Assembly: GCF_018977255.1 (NCBI RefSeq)
Contig: NW_024704742.1
Location: forward strand, 7,504,001-7,568,000
Direction of reading: 5' to 3'
Source of the DNA: Callorhinchus milii
Lineage: Eukaryota
DNA length: 64,000 nucleotides
The notes beneath the pieces are model-generated. The model was given only the letters and a program-made list of their open reading frames with translations, was not told the origin of the DNA and ran no database searches. Made by a program: the position numbers and the translations under genes. Below are positions 1-12,235 of the stretch, one piece after another. Within the stretch, counting starts at the first letter, position 1; every line of letters begins with the position of its first letter.

Positions 1-211
1 CCCCGAAGCTGTGGGACTCTCTCCCTCAATCCCTTCGCCTCGCCCCCTCTCTCCCCATTTTCAGATCGCGCTCGAAGACCTTCCTCTTCGACAGTGGCTA
101 CGGTCACTTTCCCCTTCCCCCTGGCTTGGCGTCAGGCTACCCCACTGTTAGGAGCACTGAGACGTCATCCGACATGTAGGGCACTATGTAAATCCAAGTT
201 GTTGTTGTTGA
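1..211 (+). mobile_element. L2 LINE 3' end fragment (diverged)
   Basis: 'aagctgtgggactctctccct...ctcgaagaccttcctcttcgac' (LWNSLP...LKTFLF-type ORF2 C-terminus), then a stem-loop and (TTG)n tail as in other L2 copies here. Confidence 0.75.
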
Positions 212-289
212 TTGCACCCAGTGTGGCATAATAATTGGAATGCTACAGAGCCTCAGAGTTGGGGCACAGGTAAATCTGCCACTGTTACC

Positions 290-450
290 ACTCCTTTTGC
301 GACTCGCTGTCGCCTCCTACTGGAGGCCTCAAGGCTGTTATGTGGGCATCCGGTGAGGTCTGGATTGGGCTCTGTTAACAAGTTCTCACGACTGAAGAGC
401 GAGTTCAAACTAACTGGCGAGGAGCACACTTGAAGAATAGATCCTGGGGC
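290..450 (+). mobile_element. Old SINE-like repeat, family F fragment
   Basis: 'ggtgaggtctggattgggctc...agcacacttgaagaat' aligns loosely with 7430-7520 and with the reverse complement of 21045-21135. Confidence 0.45.
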
Positions 451-1040
451 AGCCCACAGAGCTGTACGCCAGCATGAATTAGTAGGAGGTGCAGGGTTAA
501 AATAGGAGGGAATAAAAAAGATTATTCTTTTTAAGAGGGAGGTCAACTCCATTTAGTTTTTAGTGCAGAGTTTGGTGCACACAGGCAGAGCTCTGCTCAG
601 CCTGAGCACAGCATATGAAGAGTGCAGTACGGAACTGACAGAGTAGCTTCAGGCTAACATCCTTTGGGTAGTTTACTTTGGACGTGGGTGGTATGCTCAG
701 GTAATTTATCTATCAAATAGTCTTAATGGCTGTACGCAATACACTTCCACCCATAACAGTGGAAGGCCTTTTCACATTCACTTGTTACAGAACGGCATTA
801 AGAAATATATGTTTTGTACAACCGAGGTCTTCTGGGAAAAAAAATCATCTCTTCAGTTTGGGGATATTCTCTCAAATATTTGATGCGTATATAATGGGGC
901 TGTGATTTCCGCAGTTTGCCATTGGGAACACGGGTATGTTTGCAAGTATTCATTACCTTAAGCTGCATGTTATAAGCTAAACTCCAGCAATTACACCGAC
1001 GCTCACTTCAGAGTTCCAAACCTTGGCTCTTGCCAACCTG

Positions 1041-1250
1041 CAGTGGTTCTCAAACCAATGTTTTTGGTGGGTCTCAGCGTGCCTCCACCAACACTTACCG
1101 TGGCCGCAGTGGGTTACTTCCCCCTTCTCAAGCCAGCCACCGCGTTCGGAGAAAGGGAAAGGCGGCGAGAGCTAGAGAGGGAACCCGACTGGCTGCCCGA
1201 CTGCCCCGCATGGCGATACTTGGGAGCTCTAGCTCAGCCTCCTCCTCCAC
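1041..1250. mobile_element. Possible hAT/Charlie-type DNA transposon end fragment
   Basis: Begins with CAGTGGTTCTCAAAC (1041-1055), a typical hAT-Charlie TIR, followed by GC-rich sequence; no partner TIR found. Confidence 0.35.
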
Positions 1251-1325
1251 AGTGGAAGGCGAACTAGACGGACCTCGGTCTTTTCTCGTCTAACGTTTCT
1301 TATGTTCCTATAGCCTGCGCATCTT

Positions 1326-1730
1326 CGTAGCTCAGCGGTAGCACTCTTGTCTCCGAGTCAAAAGGTTGCAGTTTCAAGCCCCACGTTGGGACTTTGAACT
1401 CACAGGCTAGGCTGGGGGAGCACAATGGGGGTGGTTCGACATTGCTAGCAGTGGGTTGAGACGTTCAACTGAGGCCCCGTTGGCCTGTTCAGGTGGATGT
1501 TAAAGATCTCACGGCACTATTGGAAAAGAGAAAGGTGTTTCTCCCAGTCTCCCCCCCACCCCCCCAAATGAAGTTGGCCATTCACTGCGTTGCTGTTTGT
1601 GGGACATTGTTGTGCACAAATTGACTGCTGTGTTGGCCTATGAATATGTGGTCACTGCACTTCACAGTAAAATCCTTTGAGATGTTGTGAAACCGTGATA
1701 GGACATGACTTCAAATGCAGTTATTCGTCT
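1326..1730 (+). mobile_element. DeuSINE (SacSINE1/AmnSINE1-like), near full length, old
   Basis: tRNA-like head 'gtagctcagcggtagcactc...ttcaagcccc'; Deu body 'gaggccccg..ggcctgttcaggtggatgttaaagatctcacggcactatt' and 'gctgtttgtgggacattg..gtgcacaaattg'. Confidence 0.8.
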
Positions 1731-1992
1731 TATAAGCTTGATCAGAGTATCAGATTTGGGAGTGAAATCCAACAGCAGATAATATTCGTATCAATAAACT
1801 ATCTGAGAGACAGGTAAAACTCTGCACCTCTATGGACTTCAATAACTGCAAGGTCAGCTTCAGCAGCACACTTCATTTTCCAATAATTATAGATCACCAG
1901 ATTGTACCAACAGTGGAAAGGATTCTGCGTACTCATCTGTTAACCCTGAAAGCCAAAGCCCTGATGGGTCGGGTGGACCCAGCTGATGCTCT

Positions 1993-2325
1993 TAATAATA
2001 ATAATAATAATAATAATAATCCTTGCATTTGATATAGCACTTTTCACGTCGAGAGGACGTCCCAAAGCGCTTCACAGAACATACTGTAAAGTGAATTGAC
2101 TGTATATTTGTGGGCGAACGCGGCAGCCAATTGCGCACAGCAATGTCCCACAAACAGTCGTAGATTAAAAATGACCAATTTATTATTGTTTTTGGTTTTG
2201 GAGGGATTATTATTAGGCTCTGTGTGGAGTAAGGAAACTTGCCCAAGGTTTGGCCCTCTGCCTGGAATTGAACTCAGGTCTCTCGCTTGCAAAGCGAGTG
2301 CTCTAACCACTGAGCTACAGGACTC
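1993..2325 (-). mobile_element. Young tRNA(Ala)-headed SINE, short subfamily, full length
   Basis: Minus strand GAGTCCTGTAGCTCAGTGGTTAGAGCACTCGCTTTGCAAGCGAG... to (ATT)n tail; near-identical to 28152-28477 and 46561-46890. Confidence 0.93.
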
Positions 2326-2520
2326 TTAAACATGATGGTGGGTTCCTGCCTGTGCCAGGGGCTCAGCTGATAAAGCAATTGCACTAGTAGTTTAAGAAAC
2401 ATCCTTCGGAGCGATCCCCTTTAGCTGTGCTTGCATTAATGTTCCTGGAGCTCAAGAGAAGTGAGAACATCCCCATTTCCCAAACAAAGCACAGCACTGC
2501 TGCATTGGTGCATTGCTCAC

Positions 2521-2568
2521 TCTTTTAGCTGCTGATTCCTTTCCAGCAGTTGTACAGAAGTTTTATTT
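2521..2568 (-). CDS. Candidate 48-nt coding exon (phase 2-2), NKTSVQLLERNQQLK; unidentified
   Basis: ttcctgttcag|AAATAAAAC...CTAAAAGA|gtgagc; open frame, phase-compatible with 20307-20471; acceptor only moderate, could be chance. Confidence 0.22.
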
Positions 2569-3451
2569 CTGAACAGGAACTCAGATGCCATTTTCCAAGC
2601 AGCTGGGGTAATGATTCACATCTTTTTGACAGCAGCCTTGTTTGCAGTAGATTAGACAAGTGGAGGTGGCCAGTGTTTGAGTATAATTGCCAGTTTAATC
2701 AAAAGATGGTTTAAACCTCAACTGAGATTAGAAGTCGTCTGTTTTCATGGCAGATAACACAAAATTGAATAGCACCTGGAAGCCTATTGGAAGTGAGTGA
2801 ATTTGGGAAGCGGAGTTTGAGTATTGTTTTCTTTAATACTAATCAATGCTGTTATAATTTGAGTAATATCCTTTACGCAGCTTGAGTCCTCAACAAATAA
2901 AACAGATGCAGTCAGGGAATTATACAGTACTTTTGTCCTTGGGACGTCCTCCTGACGTGAAAGGCCCTATACAAATGTAATTTTGTTGTTGTTGTTCTGG
3001 CCAGCTGCTCAGAAGGAGGGACATGAAAGCTACAGGAGATTCCAGGTCAACATCTGCCCACTATAGAGGCTGAATCAGAAGCAAATTAAAGAGCTCTCTG
3101 AGGCCTGATGGCATTGAACATGTTTCCGGTGCTAAGGGCACTGACTCAATCCAATTATAACTCCCAACCTTCACATAGAATTCCATGGAATCTACAGCAG
3201 TGAAACAGGCCATTCAGCCCAACCAATGTTTATATGTCATCTGAGTGTCCACCCCTCCTGATCCTAGGATACGATGACACTCCAGTGCAGTGCTGGGGGA
3301 GTGCTGCATTGGCAAAGATGGTGTGCTTCAGATGAAATGTTAAACCAACATTCCTTCTGCCTGTTAACGTGAATGTTAAACATCCATTTCAAGAGATGGA
3401 AGTTTCTCTTGGTGTGCTGGTCAGCAATCCCCCATATAAAACTGGCCATCC

Positions 3452-3823
3452 TAATAATAATAATTCTTGTATTTGATGTAGCGCCTTATCACGTCTTCGA
3501 GATGTCTCAAAGCGCTTCACAGAATATACTGTAAAGTGAATTGACTGTATATTCTGTGGGCAAAATGCAGCACTCAATTGCTCACAGGATTGTTCCACAA
3601 ACAGTCGTGGATTGAAGTAATTCAATTATTTTATTTATGTTGAAGGAATTATTACCTCTGGAAAAGTGATCCTCCAATCGACTAGCAACCGAGCTCTTAC
3701 TTTCTGCTAGTAAACAGAGGCATGTGGAGTAAGGAAACTTGCCTAACATTTCATCTTGCCGGGATTCGAACCCAGGTCTCTCGCTTGCGAAGCGAGTGCT
3801 CTAACTACTAAGCTACAGGACTC
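3452..3823 (-). mobile_element. Young tRNA-headed SINE, long subfamily, full length
   Basis: Same head and tail, plus internal 'GCCTCTGTTTAC..GCAG..AGTAAG..GTCGATTGG..GATC' block. Confidence 0.9.
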
Positions 3824-4084
3824 ATTTATGCAGCCCATTCACTATACAGTCACTTCACAGTAACCTTGTGAAGCACTTTGATGTACTGTCTGTAATGTGA
3901 GAAAATCTCAAACACAAGAATTATTACTGCTATTATTAAGACAGGCAGCAATGCTTTCTGCACTATTGTGGAAGATACACGGGTATTCATTTTCCATATT
4001 AATTGGCCTCTTTATTAAGGAAATCACATTAAGAAGTAACATAAATTAGCTCACTAATACAAGAACACTATTACTATCACTATC

Positions 4085-4330
4085 ACAATATTTCTTGTGT
4101 TTGTTTTACTGATAGCTCTATGGTTATTATTCCTTTAAACCTTCCTCTATCTTTCCATACAAACTCCGAATGCATCATCCTCTTTGCATTTTCCCTGTAT
4201 TGAAAAGAAGACTTATTATACTGTCTCTTTCCCATTCTTACCAGGACCTCAAAGCTGTGGAATTCCTTACCTCTGTTGTTTTCAGATCCCATTACAATCT
4301 GGAGGCTTTTAAATCCCAACCTTGGCATCA
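4085..4330 (+). mobile_element. Degraded non-LTR (CR1-group) ORF2 C-terminus of a lineage distinct from the other CR1 here
   Basis: Frameshifted reading HP...RTSKLWNSL(P)SVVF.SHYNLEAFKS. Confidence 0.5.
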
Positions 4331-5615
4331 ATCAATTACTACTATTTGTGATTCAGTTCATCCTCACTCTTACTCTCTTCAACTTTATTGATACCTTGCA
4401 CTATACTTTGGGTCTGGTTCTTCAACCTTAATTTCTCAACTCAAAAAGCAAATTGGAGATTCGTAGAAAGTAATGTAACTTACTCCAATATTTGCTTGAT
4501 ATATGTTTAGATTTACTGACTATTCTTCTTATTATTATTATATATATTCCCTGCAACGTTTCAAAGTGCTTCATAGAATTTTCCTGTGAATTGTACTGAT
4601 TATTTTTAGGCAAACACACCAGTCAATTTCCGCACAACAATGACCCATGAGGTGAACGACCAGGTTTATCTGGCGATTCTTTTATATACGGCCCACAAAA
4701 CACAATCACTCCACTTTACGGTACATCCTGTGATGCGCTTTGAGACATTCTCCAACGTGAAAGGGGCTAAACCGAATGTGAGGATTATTATATAAACCGA
4801 CCTGATTAATACATCATGATAATAGCTGTAAATGCCAGACAGTTATTATGCAGAGGATTTGGGTATCAATATTTATGTATCTTTCACCATTTTAACTAAG
4901 ATTATGAATCTGGATGTCGCTTTTTTAATTTATGACCCACATTTAATGCCACATTTATAAATGTCTTTATCACACTCATCTGGGCAAATGGATCTAACCC
5001 CTCACTCCAAACATGCAAGGACTGAGTACAGTTAGTAATTGCATTCGGTGCAGATTGATTTAGATTCTGCAACCTCATTTACTATGTCGAATGGATGGTG
5101 CATGACCCAAGTTATATTACTCCAGATGGCAGCTGGGCTAAGCCAGCCTTGCTTAATCACTGGCCTAGCTCCCACAAAGACATAACTCTTTGTAAGAAAG
5201 CACAGTGCATCCATATGAGGGAAAATATACATGCCGGAACCAGGCTGTAATAACTGATCTTAGGAACAGGAGCTTGCGGTGCTGAAATCAATCTGTGCCC
5301 AATGCAATTACTTATACATCAAAGAAATCTGATTTTTCAAATCTTGGAGAGAGCAGGAGGAAAATTATTCATTCCCTGTGATCGTTTAAATTTCCTATCG
5401 GAATTAAAGACATCCACAAGGGTCGCTGTGTAAAATGATGCAAACGTTACAACCCTTGTGAAAAGCTAAATTTAGCCTTGGGTGATGGAAAGGCAGAACT
5501 ATCCTGGTGCATCAATAATTCAAAATTCATTCCAAAATGAAAGTCAATCATTCTCCATCCCACCATCCCACCCACCCCCACCCCAATTCTCCAGCTTTTC
5601 CCATGTTCTCTTGCC

Positions 5616-5785
5616 CTTGCCTCCTTCAAGACCCTTCTCTTCGACCGAACCTTTGGTCACCCTTCCCGCCCTCCACCCCTCCCGATCCCAACCACCAACT
5701 GGAGTGCAAATCCCTGACTGTCCAGCGCCTTGGGACGTCCTCCCGACGTGAAAGGCGCTGTGCAAATGTAATTTGTTGTTGTTGC
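5616..5785 (+). mobile_element. L2 LINE 3' end
   Basis: 'cctccttcaagacccttctcttcgac...', terminal stem-loop CAGCGCCTTGGGACGTCCTCCCGACGTGAAAGGCGCTG, (TTG)n. Confidence 0.85.
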
Positions 5786-6103
5786 TTTCTGTCTGTCAAT
5801 TAATTTTTGTGTCTTAAATTCTTGTATCTTTTCTGACTCACCTAAGCTAGCTTAAAATCTTTTCTAAGTTTAAAATCTTTGACTTGGTCTTCTTCTGTTG
5901 TCCTCTCCCGTTTCAGAAGTTGGAGCAGTCTTTGCAAACGCTGTGTTTTGTTCAATTCACTGAAAAGGATCCTAAAAACCTTTTTATATACATTACGAAA
6001 ATAAGATTTATCAAATCTTGGAGAAACAGACAGGAAGATTATTCATTCTCCGTGATTAGAGTCAATTAAAAGCCCTATTTAGAAGATTAAGGTGGACAAA
6101 GCA

Positions 6104-6535
6104 CAACAACAGCCACAAATTACACTTGCGTTGGCTCTTCATGTCGGAAAGATATCCCAGGGTGCTGGATAGTCAGGATGTTTTAGCCTGAGCTGTGAGT
6201 TGGGGTCAGAAGGGATGGAGACGAGGAGGGGTGTGGGAGGGTGTCCGAAAGCCAGGTCAAAGTGGAAGATCTTTAGGCAGGATTTGAAGGGAGGCAAGGG
6301 AGGGGGTGAGGTGCATGGATTGTGGGATACAGTTCCAAATGTAGAGGCAGAGATGCTGAATGCCCGACCACTGATTGTGGAGAGGACATGAAACAGGCCG
6401 GTGTCCGTCGAGTGGAGGGACCGGACGGCTGATATGGGCTTAGGAGGTGGGAGAGGTAGGGGGGAGCAAGACCACGAAGGGCTTTGAAGGTGAGAACGAG
6501 GGTTTTGTACTCGATTCTCTGAGAGATGGGTTACA
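6104..6535 (-). mobile_element. L2 LINE 3' fragment
   Basis: ORF 6139-6630 contains TGLFHV..TISGRAFSISA...FKSCLKIFHFD; L2 tail at the left end. Confidence 0.85.
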
Positions 6536-8903
6536 TGTACGAACAAGTTAATTTCTTGATTTTGATGTTTCTTTTTCAAGCTCCACATCAGGACTTTCAA
6601 CTCAGATGATAACAATAATAATAATAGCAATAATAATAATCATAATAATAATCCTTGTGTTTGGAATAATGTCTTTCATGACAGAACGATGTTCCAAATG
6701 CAATGATTATTATTCTTATTATTATAAAACAAGGAAGATGGCTGTTTGCTGATCCTGCCATTTCCCAGTAAATTTGTCCATAAAATTGAATTATTCTATA
6801 CAAATATAACTCGTGAGGAATAAAAATCTTGCTGTGTTGTGACTGAATACACAGTACACAAAATAATTGGAAAATCCTTCGAACTGTGGTGAAACAAAGT
6901 GACTGTCCTTACGTACCACCAATAACAAATGAATTTAAACACAATGAAAGAGGTCAGTTGTGTTTCGCAATAAAGTTTAATAGCATCGCAATCCATAGCA
7001 ACTAATAGTCCTTTCAAAGGGTCTGTGCAGAAGATGCCATGAGCTGGAAAATATAATTACGCGTCTCTCTCTGTTGGAGGCCATGTAGTGCAGTGATGAA
7101 TAGCAGCACATTCTGGAGTTGTTGGTATTTGTTAGTAACCTTTGAGGAAGCTCGAAGTCTGATCTTTGCTAGCTTCAGCGCTAATGACCTATTTTACTAG
7201 GAGATTATGTGGTGCCCAACCTTTCCACAGGGGGCCAGGTTCTCTCATCTCAATTTCACTGCCACCTTGCCTAATGATTAAATACTGCTCCAGTAACAGA
7301 GCCTTAAAATTGCTTGTGAGAGCAGGAAATGATGAACGCAATCCATCTGCTGCCATTCCAAAAGCGGGCTCTCTTATTGATTCATTTACATCTCCTACCC
7401 AAACAGCGTTCTTCTGGCAAAAAAAAAGAGCAGGTGAGTGCCTGATAGGACAGGAGTGTGATGTCCCCACGGTTCATGTGCTCACTATCTGTGCTCACAC
7501 GTGAAGAACGGCCACCTTATTTGATGTAACTGCAGTGATCAATAGATCAATTAAAAATGAATCAATGTATTATTTTGTTTGACTGGAAATTGCATCAGTG
7601 ATGACTGAACTTAGGCCAGAAATACCATTAATTGTGATTAAGCCTAAAATGTTTGGGGTGTTAAATTGGTGTGAATCGTAATGGGATTATTTGATAATAA
7701 ATTCGACTGGCATAGATGGGGTGGGTCTCTTTCTCCAGAACTGAAAATATGTCTCATTGACAGGATCTACCTTGAATGTGTGATCTATTGCCTGATTAAG
7801 GAATCCTGTTATGAATTACCACAAATTGGACTCAACTCTGTTTGATGCACTAGCTGTGGAAGATATGACTCAAGTTTCAAGGTGAAGCGAATTCTATTTG
7901 ATAGATTGCAGGAACCATTAATGAAGTTTTTAAATCCATCTCCTCAAGCAATGAATGTACAAAATGAGGTGAGAGAGAATGGTAACTGAGGATTCTTCAT
8001 AACCTTTAAGACAGTAAGAGGCTATTTCATATTCTATTAAATAATCTGAGCGGCAAAACTCCTGTCTCAGTTGAGAGTAGAGAAATTGATGAGGTCTGGG
8101 TCAAAAAGGAATTTCCTTTATTACAGTTGTGTGTTGTCAGTCTAACGATGACGGGAACTTCAGCCCTTTGAATTTTTAATTTCAGTTCATCGTGTTATAA
8201 ATGAACAATATTTCCTGATGATACACAGCATGAGATTTGAAGGAAGATAATCTTGCTTCTGTCTTGACAACCGAACCAAGCTGCTGATGGTTATATTTCC
8301 CAATGCAAAGTCAGGAATGTTCCTGTGGCAGTTCACCCAGTTCTGATGTATGGGCGCAGCTGACTGCTGGCAGTTTAGTCTTAATGTATCGCAAAGCATG
8401 GATCCAAACGTATCGTGTGCAGCCATGATATTCATCAGACACTGCATGTTAATCACTTCCAAGTTGTAAGGATGCTATTTTTCATGTAAGCTTAACCATC
8501 CACTGGAAAGCTCAACAGAATAAATCAAATGAATCATCTTAGCAATCATAATTGAACTAGCAGAGCTTGGTTAACAAGTGTGCTATAGTGTATGCCGGGC
8601 CCGAATGGTGCAAAACAGCAATACAATTCAATCTCCAGCTCAGAAGTGGGAAGGTGAACAGATGGGTCGGATTTAATTATTGCACGTGGCGAATATGTGG
8701 TGTGAACTAAACATCGAGGTGGTGGAGACACATTGTGCCATGAGAGAATCATAAGGTCACAAGAGGGGTTTGGATGATGAAGGCCCATCAGCCCAGTCAG
8801 TCTCATCCTTTCAGGATACTCCCTTTGACCGACCAACAAGGCTTTCCACTGCCTTTTGCTATCTGGCTCACAATTTTAATTATGGGCCGTAGTTCCAGCC
8901 GGT

Positions 8904-9263
8904 AGATCCCGTAGCTAAGAGATTAGAGCACTCGCCTCGCGAGCGAAACACCTGGGTTTGATTCCCGGTGGGGCGAAACAATGGGCAAGTTTCCTTACTC
9001 CACCCACAAGCCTCGGTATACCTAGCATTAAGTAGGATCATAGTTGTTAGTCGACTGGTGGACCGCTTTTCCGGGAGGTAATAATTCCTTCAAAAAGTAA
9101 TAATTTGGTCACTTCAATCCACGACTGTTTGCAGGGACGCTGCTGTGCACAATTGGCTGCCGCGTTTCGCCCACCAAATATACAGTCAATTCACTTTACG
9201 TTGTATTCTGTGAAGCGCTTTGAGACGTCTGCATCAAATGCAAGGATTATTATTATTATTATT
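8904..9263 (+). mobile_element. Young tRNA-headed SINE, long subfamily
   Basis: Head 'gattagagcactcgcctcgcgagcg', body, (ATT)n tail. Confidence 0.9.
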
Positions 9264-9736
9264 TACTGCCTTCTCCTACCACAGCAGGAACCTGGGGATA
9301 AAATTGACAAGTCTCAAACCTATTGTCATATCCCCCAATGACCACTAGGTGACAGTGTGTGCTCTTCCTCCCCTCATCAAGTGCTTTGAGTTCCAACCTT
9401 GAGGGCCACTATGATGGATTTTTGTACTGGTAGCAGCGAGTGAGAGCTTTTTGATTGCATTCTTTTGGTTTTAAAAGTTTATTTCTGGGGCTGGATCACT
9501 TACTGCCACCCCCCCAAACCCCCTCCCGCCCCCCCACCCACCCGTAATTATTTAAGTTGGAGCTCGATCCATGTAACCTCCAGTCCTATTTCCGACCCGA
9601 TATTTGGTCAACTTGGTTACAGAAGGATTAATTGGTCACAGCCTCAAGTGCTTTCGCTGTGAATCTGTTCGTTATATCAACTACAGTAGTACGCTACATA
9701 ACGGCATATTGCTGGGCGTCTGCATCGCATATTTTG

Positions 9737-9931
9737 AAGGGTAATAATTCGTTCAAAAAAATAATGAATTGGTCACTCAATCCACAAGTGTTTGTGGGAC
9801 GCTGCTGTGCATAATTGGCTGCCGTGTTTCGCCCACAAATATACAGTCAATTCACTTTACAATATATTTTGTGAAGTGCTTTGAGATGTCTCGAAGACGT
9901 GATAAGGCATTGTATCAAATGCAAGGATTAT
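9737..9931 (+). mobile_element. Young SINE, 3' half
   Basis: Deu-like block and tail 'gatgtctcgaagacgtgataaggc...gcaaggatta'. Confidence 0.85.
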
Positions 9932-10304
9932 ATTCACTGCATATTTGGATATTTCTTCTCTTGCATATATTGTTCTCTATCTATCCATACATATCTGGAT
10001 ATGTGTTCTACCTATCTACAGATTATCTGCTCTAAATAGAACCGTAGAAGTTTACAGCACAGAAGAAGACCATTCGGCCCATTGTGTATGTGCCAGCTCC
10101 CTCAAGAGCCATTCTTTCAGTCCATTTCAGTGCCCTTTCTCCTTACCCCTGTAGCTGATCATTGTAAGGTATTTAACCCACAAAATATACAGTCAATTCA
10201 CTTTACATTACATTCTGTGAAGTGCTTTGAGACATCTCAAAGACGTGATAAGGCGCTATAACAAATGCAAGGATTATTAATATATATATATTTGTCTCGA
10301 TATT

Positions 10305-11030
10305 GAAAAGGAGGGGGACTGAGGACGCAGCCCTGAGGAACGGTACACGAGACGGTGCGGGAGCTAGAGGAGAAGCCGTTTGTGGAGATGAAGTGGAGAC
10401 CGTGTGAGAGGTAGGATCTGAACCATTCAAGGACAGAAACATGAAGTTTGACGTGAGAGGAATGGTAGTAAAGGAGGATAGAGTGGTCAATGGTATCGAA
10501 GACAGCAGAGAGGTCGAGGAGGACAAGGAGGCAGAGGGAGCCCTGGTCGCAGATGGACAAAATGTTGTTTGCCACTTTGACCAGAGCTGTTTCGGTGCTG
10601 TGGGTGGCACGGAAGCCCGATTGGAGGGGTTCATGAAGGGACTGGTGGGAGAGGAAGGTTTGAAGCTGGGAAGCAATGATTCATTCCAGGACCTTGGGAA
10701 GGAAAGGGAGGTTGGAGATGATATGGTAATTTGGGAGCAGGGATGGGTCCAAGGAGGGTTTTTTAAGGATAGGAGTGATGACGGCTGTTTTTGGAGGGTT
10801 GGGAACTGTACCAGTGGACAGGAAGAGGTTTATGATGTCTGTGAGTAGGGAGGCAAGGAGGTGGAGCTTGGAGGTAAGGAGAGGGATAGGGATGGGATCG
10901 AGGGAGTAGGTGGTTGGTTTCACGTTGGTTATGGTGATGGTGAGAGAGGAGGGGGAGACAGGTTCAAAGGTGTGGAGGGAGGGATGGGTAGGGGAGAGTG
11001 TATGAGGGTTAGATGGGGAGGGGGTAGTGG
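10305..11030 (-). mobile_element. L2 LINE ORF2 internal fragment (reverse transcriptase), frameshifted
   Basis: Translated pieces LDPIP..LL, KTAVITPILKKPSLDP...NY..ISNLPFL.KVLE, LLDLSAVFDTIDH, WFRSYLS, VPQGCVLSP. Confidence 0.92.
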
Positions 11031-11989
11031 TTGGAATTGCAAAATCCTGTAAAGCACTTTGAGATGTCTCAAGAACATGATAAGGGATTGTATCAAATGC
11101 GAGAATTATTCAATATATAGCAGATCCTCCTCATCCTCTGGGAAAACAAGATTTGACCTTGGGTTTTCATATAGAGATTTTCTAATGCTGCCAGCGGCTA
11201 TTTTACTACCTGTGGGCTTAATGCTCGGGGACAAAATTAAGTTGATCATGTAGTAAGAATGGTAGTAAAATATCATTTAATTACTGCGACATAATACAAA
11301 GAGTAGATGATTATTCATTGGATCGTCTGAGCCGAGATGGATTGTAAAATTCACAAAGGTGGGAGGAAGCAGATCCCAGTGCATAGTAATATTAACATAC
11401 CGTGTTTCCACAGCCTCATGTGCCCAAGGAAGGAAAATTAAAGTCAGTAGAGAAAGATGGATCGTAATTCTGTTTTTCTGCCGATTTTATGATCTTTGTG
11501 CTGTATAAATAGATTCCAAGACATATTCTGAATAGCTTATCGAGCTAAAGGCACAGGCATCTGTCATATTTGTATAACAAATGGATGTTTCCTTAACACT
11601 TTTAACATGTTTCATTATATGTGCAATGCTCTGGAGAATGGCTGTGAATGGGTAACTATTTACCGTGACAGCGGAAGAGTAAATGTTTATGACCACCTGA
11701 GCTTTAGTGTTACATTCTTATCACTGATATGGCAAACAAAAAACAGCTCTAAATCCCAGTGTGGTTTCTGTGCCTTTATCAGTACAGGTAAAAGTGAGAC
11801 TGTTGAAATTGATGATCTTGTTGGGGGTGGGGGAGGGGGGGGAGGGTGGGTGAATAAATTTGTAGGACGTCCCAAGGCCCCCGGTTTGCACCCGAGCTGG
11901 CGGTTGAAATCAAGAGTGGTGGAGGGTAGGGGGTGGGGTGGGAGGGTAGCCAAAGGCCAAACAAGCATCAATGCTTCTTCCATGTTTGG

Positions 11990-12235
11990 TACCTACATAT
12001 AGAAATTTCCCTGTGTCTAGAGTGGATTGCACGCTCTCTCCCCAGAGGGACGCACCCTGCTTGCCTGACTCCAGAGAATATTAAGCACAGGGTGGCAAGA
12101 GCCAAGGTCTGGGGACCCCAGAGTGTGGGTTGGGCTACTGCTAGAGTCTATCCAGCTACAACCACGTAGCTTGCCATTGATATCGCTGTCTGGCAAGCTT
12201 TCCCACTACTTCTACAGCTAGGACCACCCTACCAG
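11990..12235 (-). mobile_element. Old SINE-like repeat, family E, putative 3' part
   Basis: Aligns with 23800-24035 and 41515-41725; all three share the same left boundary. Confidence 0.7.

Noticed and set aside
1992..2329. Recurrent ORFs (MGKFPYST...YYYY, MVRALALQARD..., MTVYLWANAAA...) appearing many times
   Set aside because: Translations of SINE copies; the poly-Y/N/L/I runs come from (ATT)n tails
5843..6016. Minus-strand open frame (FDKSYFRNV...KDFKLA*) ending at TAG|gtgagt, and a strong plus-strand acceptor near 5916
   Set aside because: The minus acceptor lies in an antisense CR1 remnant and the frame stops at the donor; the plus acceptor has no nearby donor
7166..7504. 112-aa ORF with a CAG|gtgagt donor
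   Set aside because: No recognisable protein; the donor falls at the edge of an old SINE-like repeat (family F)
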